64,000 nucleotides of DNA from a bacterium (GTDB lineage Bacteria; Bacillota; Clostridia; Lachnospirales; Lachnospiraceae). The DNA is taken from positions 7,459-71,458 of the forward strand of contig CAVLAA010000002.1 of NCBI GenBank assembly GCA_963660835.1, written 5' to 3'. This document shows, in pieces, positions 62,819 to 64,000 of the stretch. The position numbers and the translations under genes are program-made. Position 1 is the first letter of the stretch. Each line of letters opens with the position of its first letter. Under the pieces are notes generated by a model. The model was not told the DNA's origin. It made no database searches and saw only the letters and a list, made by a program, of their open reading frames with translations.

Positions 62819-63091
62819 TTATTTAATAACTGCAAGTACATCTGACTGTTTTATTATAATGTACTCCTCGCCTTCGAATTTGATCTCTGTTCCGGCGTAT
62901 TTTGAATAGAAAACTTTATCTCCTTTTTCAAGCTCCATCTTGACATCGTCTGTTCCAGGTCCTACAGCGATTACTTCTGCCTCAAGCGGCTTTTCCTGTG
63001 ATCCTGATGAAAGGATAATTCCTGATTTTGTTTTTTCTTCTGCTTCGAGCTGTTTAAGAACTACTCTGTCTGCTAAAGGTACTAACTTCAT
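62819..63091 (-). CDS. groS: Co-chaperonin GroES
   Basis: MKLVPLADRVVLK...; 90 aa, immediately upstream of groL. Confidence 0.97.
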   Translation of the reverse strand: MKLVPLADRVVLKQLEAEEKTKSGIILSSGSQEKPLEAEVIAVGPGTDDVKMELEKGDKVFYSKYAGTEIKFEGEEYIIIKQSDVLAVIK

Positions 63092-63128
63092 TATATATGC
63101 CTCCTGTATTGTTTAACTTTCGAATTTA

Positions 63129-63155
63129 TTAGCACTCAATTCATCTGAGTGCTAC
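63129..63155 (-). promoter_or_regulatory. CIRCE operator (HrcA binding site) in the groES leader
   Basis: TTAGCACTC-N9-GAGTGCTAc matches 17 of 18 positions of the CIRCE consensus TTAGCACTC-N9-GAGTGCTAA, about 40 nt upstream of groES. Confidence 0.9.
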
Positions 63156-63362
63156 TCAGCTTCTATATAATAAATAAAATAAAATTTTTTAGCAACCTTA
63201 TTTTCTTCCGTAATATCTCGTTTATTTTCTTATATGCTCTATTTTTCTCTTTTTTTCTTAGTTTTTCTTCTTATTAAAAAATACAGCATTAAATTTTCTG
63301 AAAATTCTTGAAATTATATATATTCATGTTAAACTAAAGAAAAACTTATACGAGGTTCATAT

Positions 63363-64000
63363 ATGAGTGTTTTGCTTTTAGACAATACCAGAAAAATTAA
63401 CAAGCTGCTTCACAACAATACATCAAGCAAAGTTGTATTCAATGACATATGCAATATAATGACTGAATGTCTTGATTCAAATATTCTTGTTATTAGCAAC
63501 AAAGGAAAGGTTCTTGGTTCAAGCACAAGTCCTGATGTTGCCAAAATCAATGAGCTTATTTCTACCGATGTAGGCAATCATATAGATGATCATTTGAATA
63601 ATCGTCTTCTTAATATATTGTCAACACAGGATAATGTAAATCTAACTACACTTGGATTTGTAAATGTAGATGCTTCAAATACATCAGCCATCATCAGTCC
63701 TATAGAGATTGCCGGTGAAAGACTTGGCACAATATTTATTTATCGTACATCAAAGGGATATGATATCGACGATATAATCCTTGCCGAGTATGGAACGACT
63801 GTTGTCGGACTTGAAATTTTAAGATCAGAAAATGAAGCAATTGTAGAGGAAAAGCGCAAAAAGCAGGTTGTCAAATCGGCGATCCGTACACTTTCTTCAT
63901 CAGAGCTTACTGCCGCTATTCAGATATTTGACGAGCTAACTGAAAATGAAGGTCTTCTTGTTGCAAGCAAAATAGCCGACAAGGCAGGGATCACACGTTC
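63363..64000 (+). CDS. codY: GTP/BCAA-sensing pleiotropic repressor CodY, N-terminal about 212 codons (continues beyond the window)
   Basis: Own translation: MSVLLLDNTRKINKLLHNN...GERLGTIFIYR...SSSELTAAIQIFDEL...LVASKIADKAGITR. This shows a GAF domain followed by the start of the wHTH. Confidence 0.92.
   Translation, partial: MSVLLLDNTRKINKLLHNNTSSKVVFNDICNIMTECLDSNILVISNKGKVLGSSTSPDVAKINELISTDVGNHIDDHLNNRLLNILSTQDNVNLTTLGFVNVDASNTSAIISPIEIAGERLGTIFIYRTSKGYDIDDIILAEYGTTVVGLEILRSENEAIVEEKRKKQVVKSAIRTLSSSELTAAIQIFDELTENEGLLVASKIADKAGITR

Overview
This window looks like core chromosome of a low-GC Firmicute, probably a Clostridia/Lachnospiraceae-like anaerobe. That placement is inferred from GGAGG-type RBSs, a CIRCE operator at groESL, CodY, a split transketolase, a four-subunit 2-oxoacid:ferredoxin oxidoreductase and AT-rich intergenic DNA. 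I call 58 protein-coding genes, two of them truncated by the window edges. They include the str operon (rpsL-rpsG-fusA-tuf), uvrB, ftsEX with an S41 protease, pckA, glyQS, an amino-acid ABC transporter, glmS, glnS, nrdR, gltX, groESL and codY. Three AraC- or LysR-controlled catabolic loci are also present. I found one riboswitch (preQ1-I upstream of queT), a CIRCE operator, a probable LexA box upstream of uvrB, several sigma-A-like promoters and many intrinsic terminators. I saw no rRNA, tRNA, CRISPR array, transposase, integrase, phage gene or recognisable defence system. Most of the window is therefore ordinary housekeeping DNA. The candidates for undescribed biology are modest and rest on inference. 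(1) A divergent pair of ATP-grasp ligase genes at 37871-41342. One is fused to an ACC-deaminase/D-cysteine-desulfhydrase-type PLP domain, and the other is co-transcribed with a polyprenyl-phosphate-type GT2 glycosyltransferase, glnS and a ribozyme-less glmS. (2) An undecaprenyl-diphosphatase fused in frame to a small membrane domain of unknown function (43110-44498). (3) Two tandem paralogous small membrane-anchored proteins with a basic Ser/Lys-rich linker and a conserved acidic Tyr-rich C-terminal tail (59467-60193). All coordinates of hairpins and motifs were counted by hand and may be off by 1-2 nt. No database search was possible, so family names are from recognition of motifs only.
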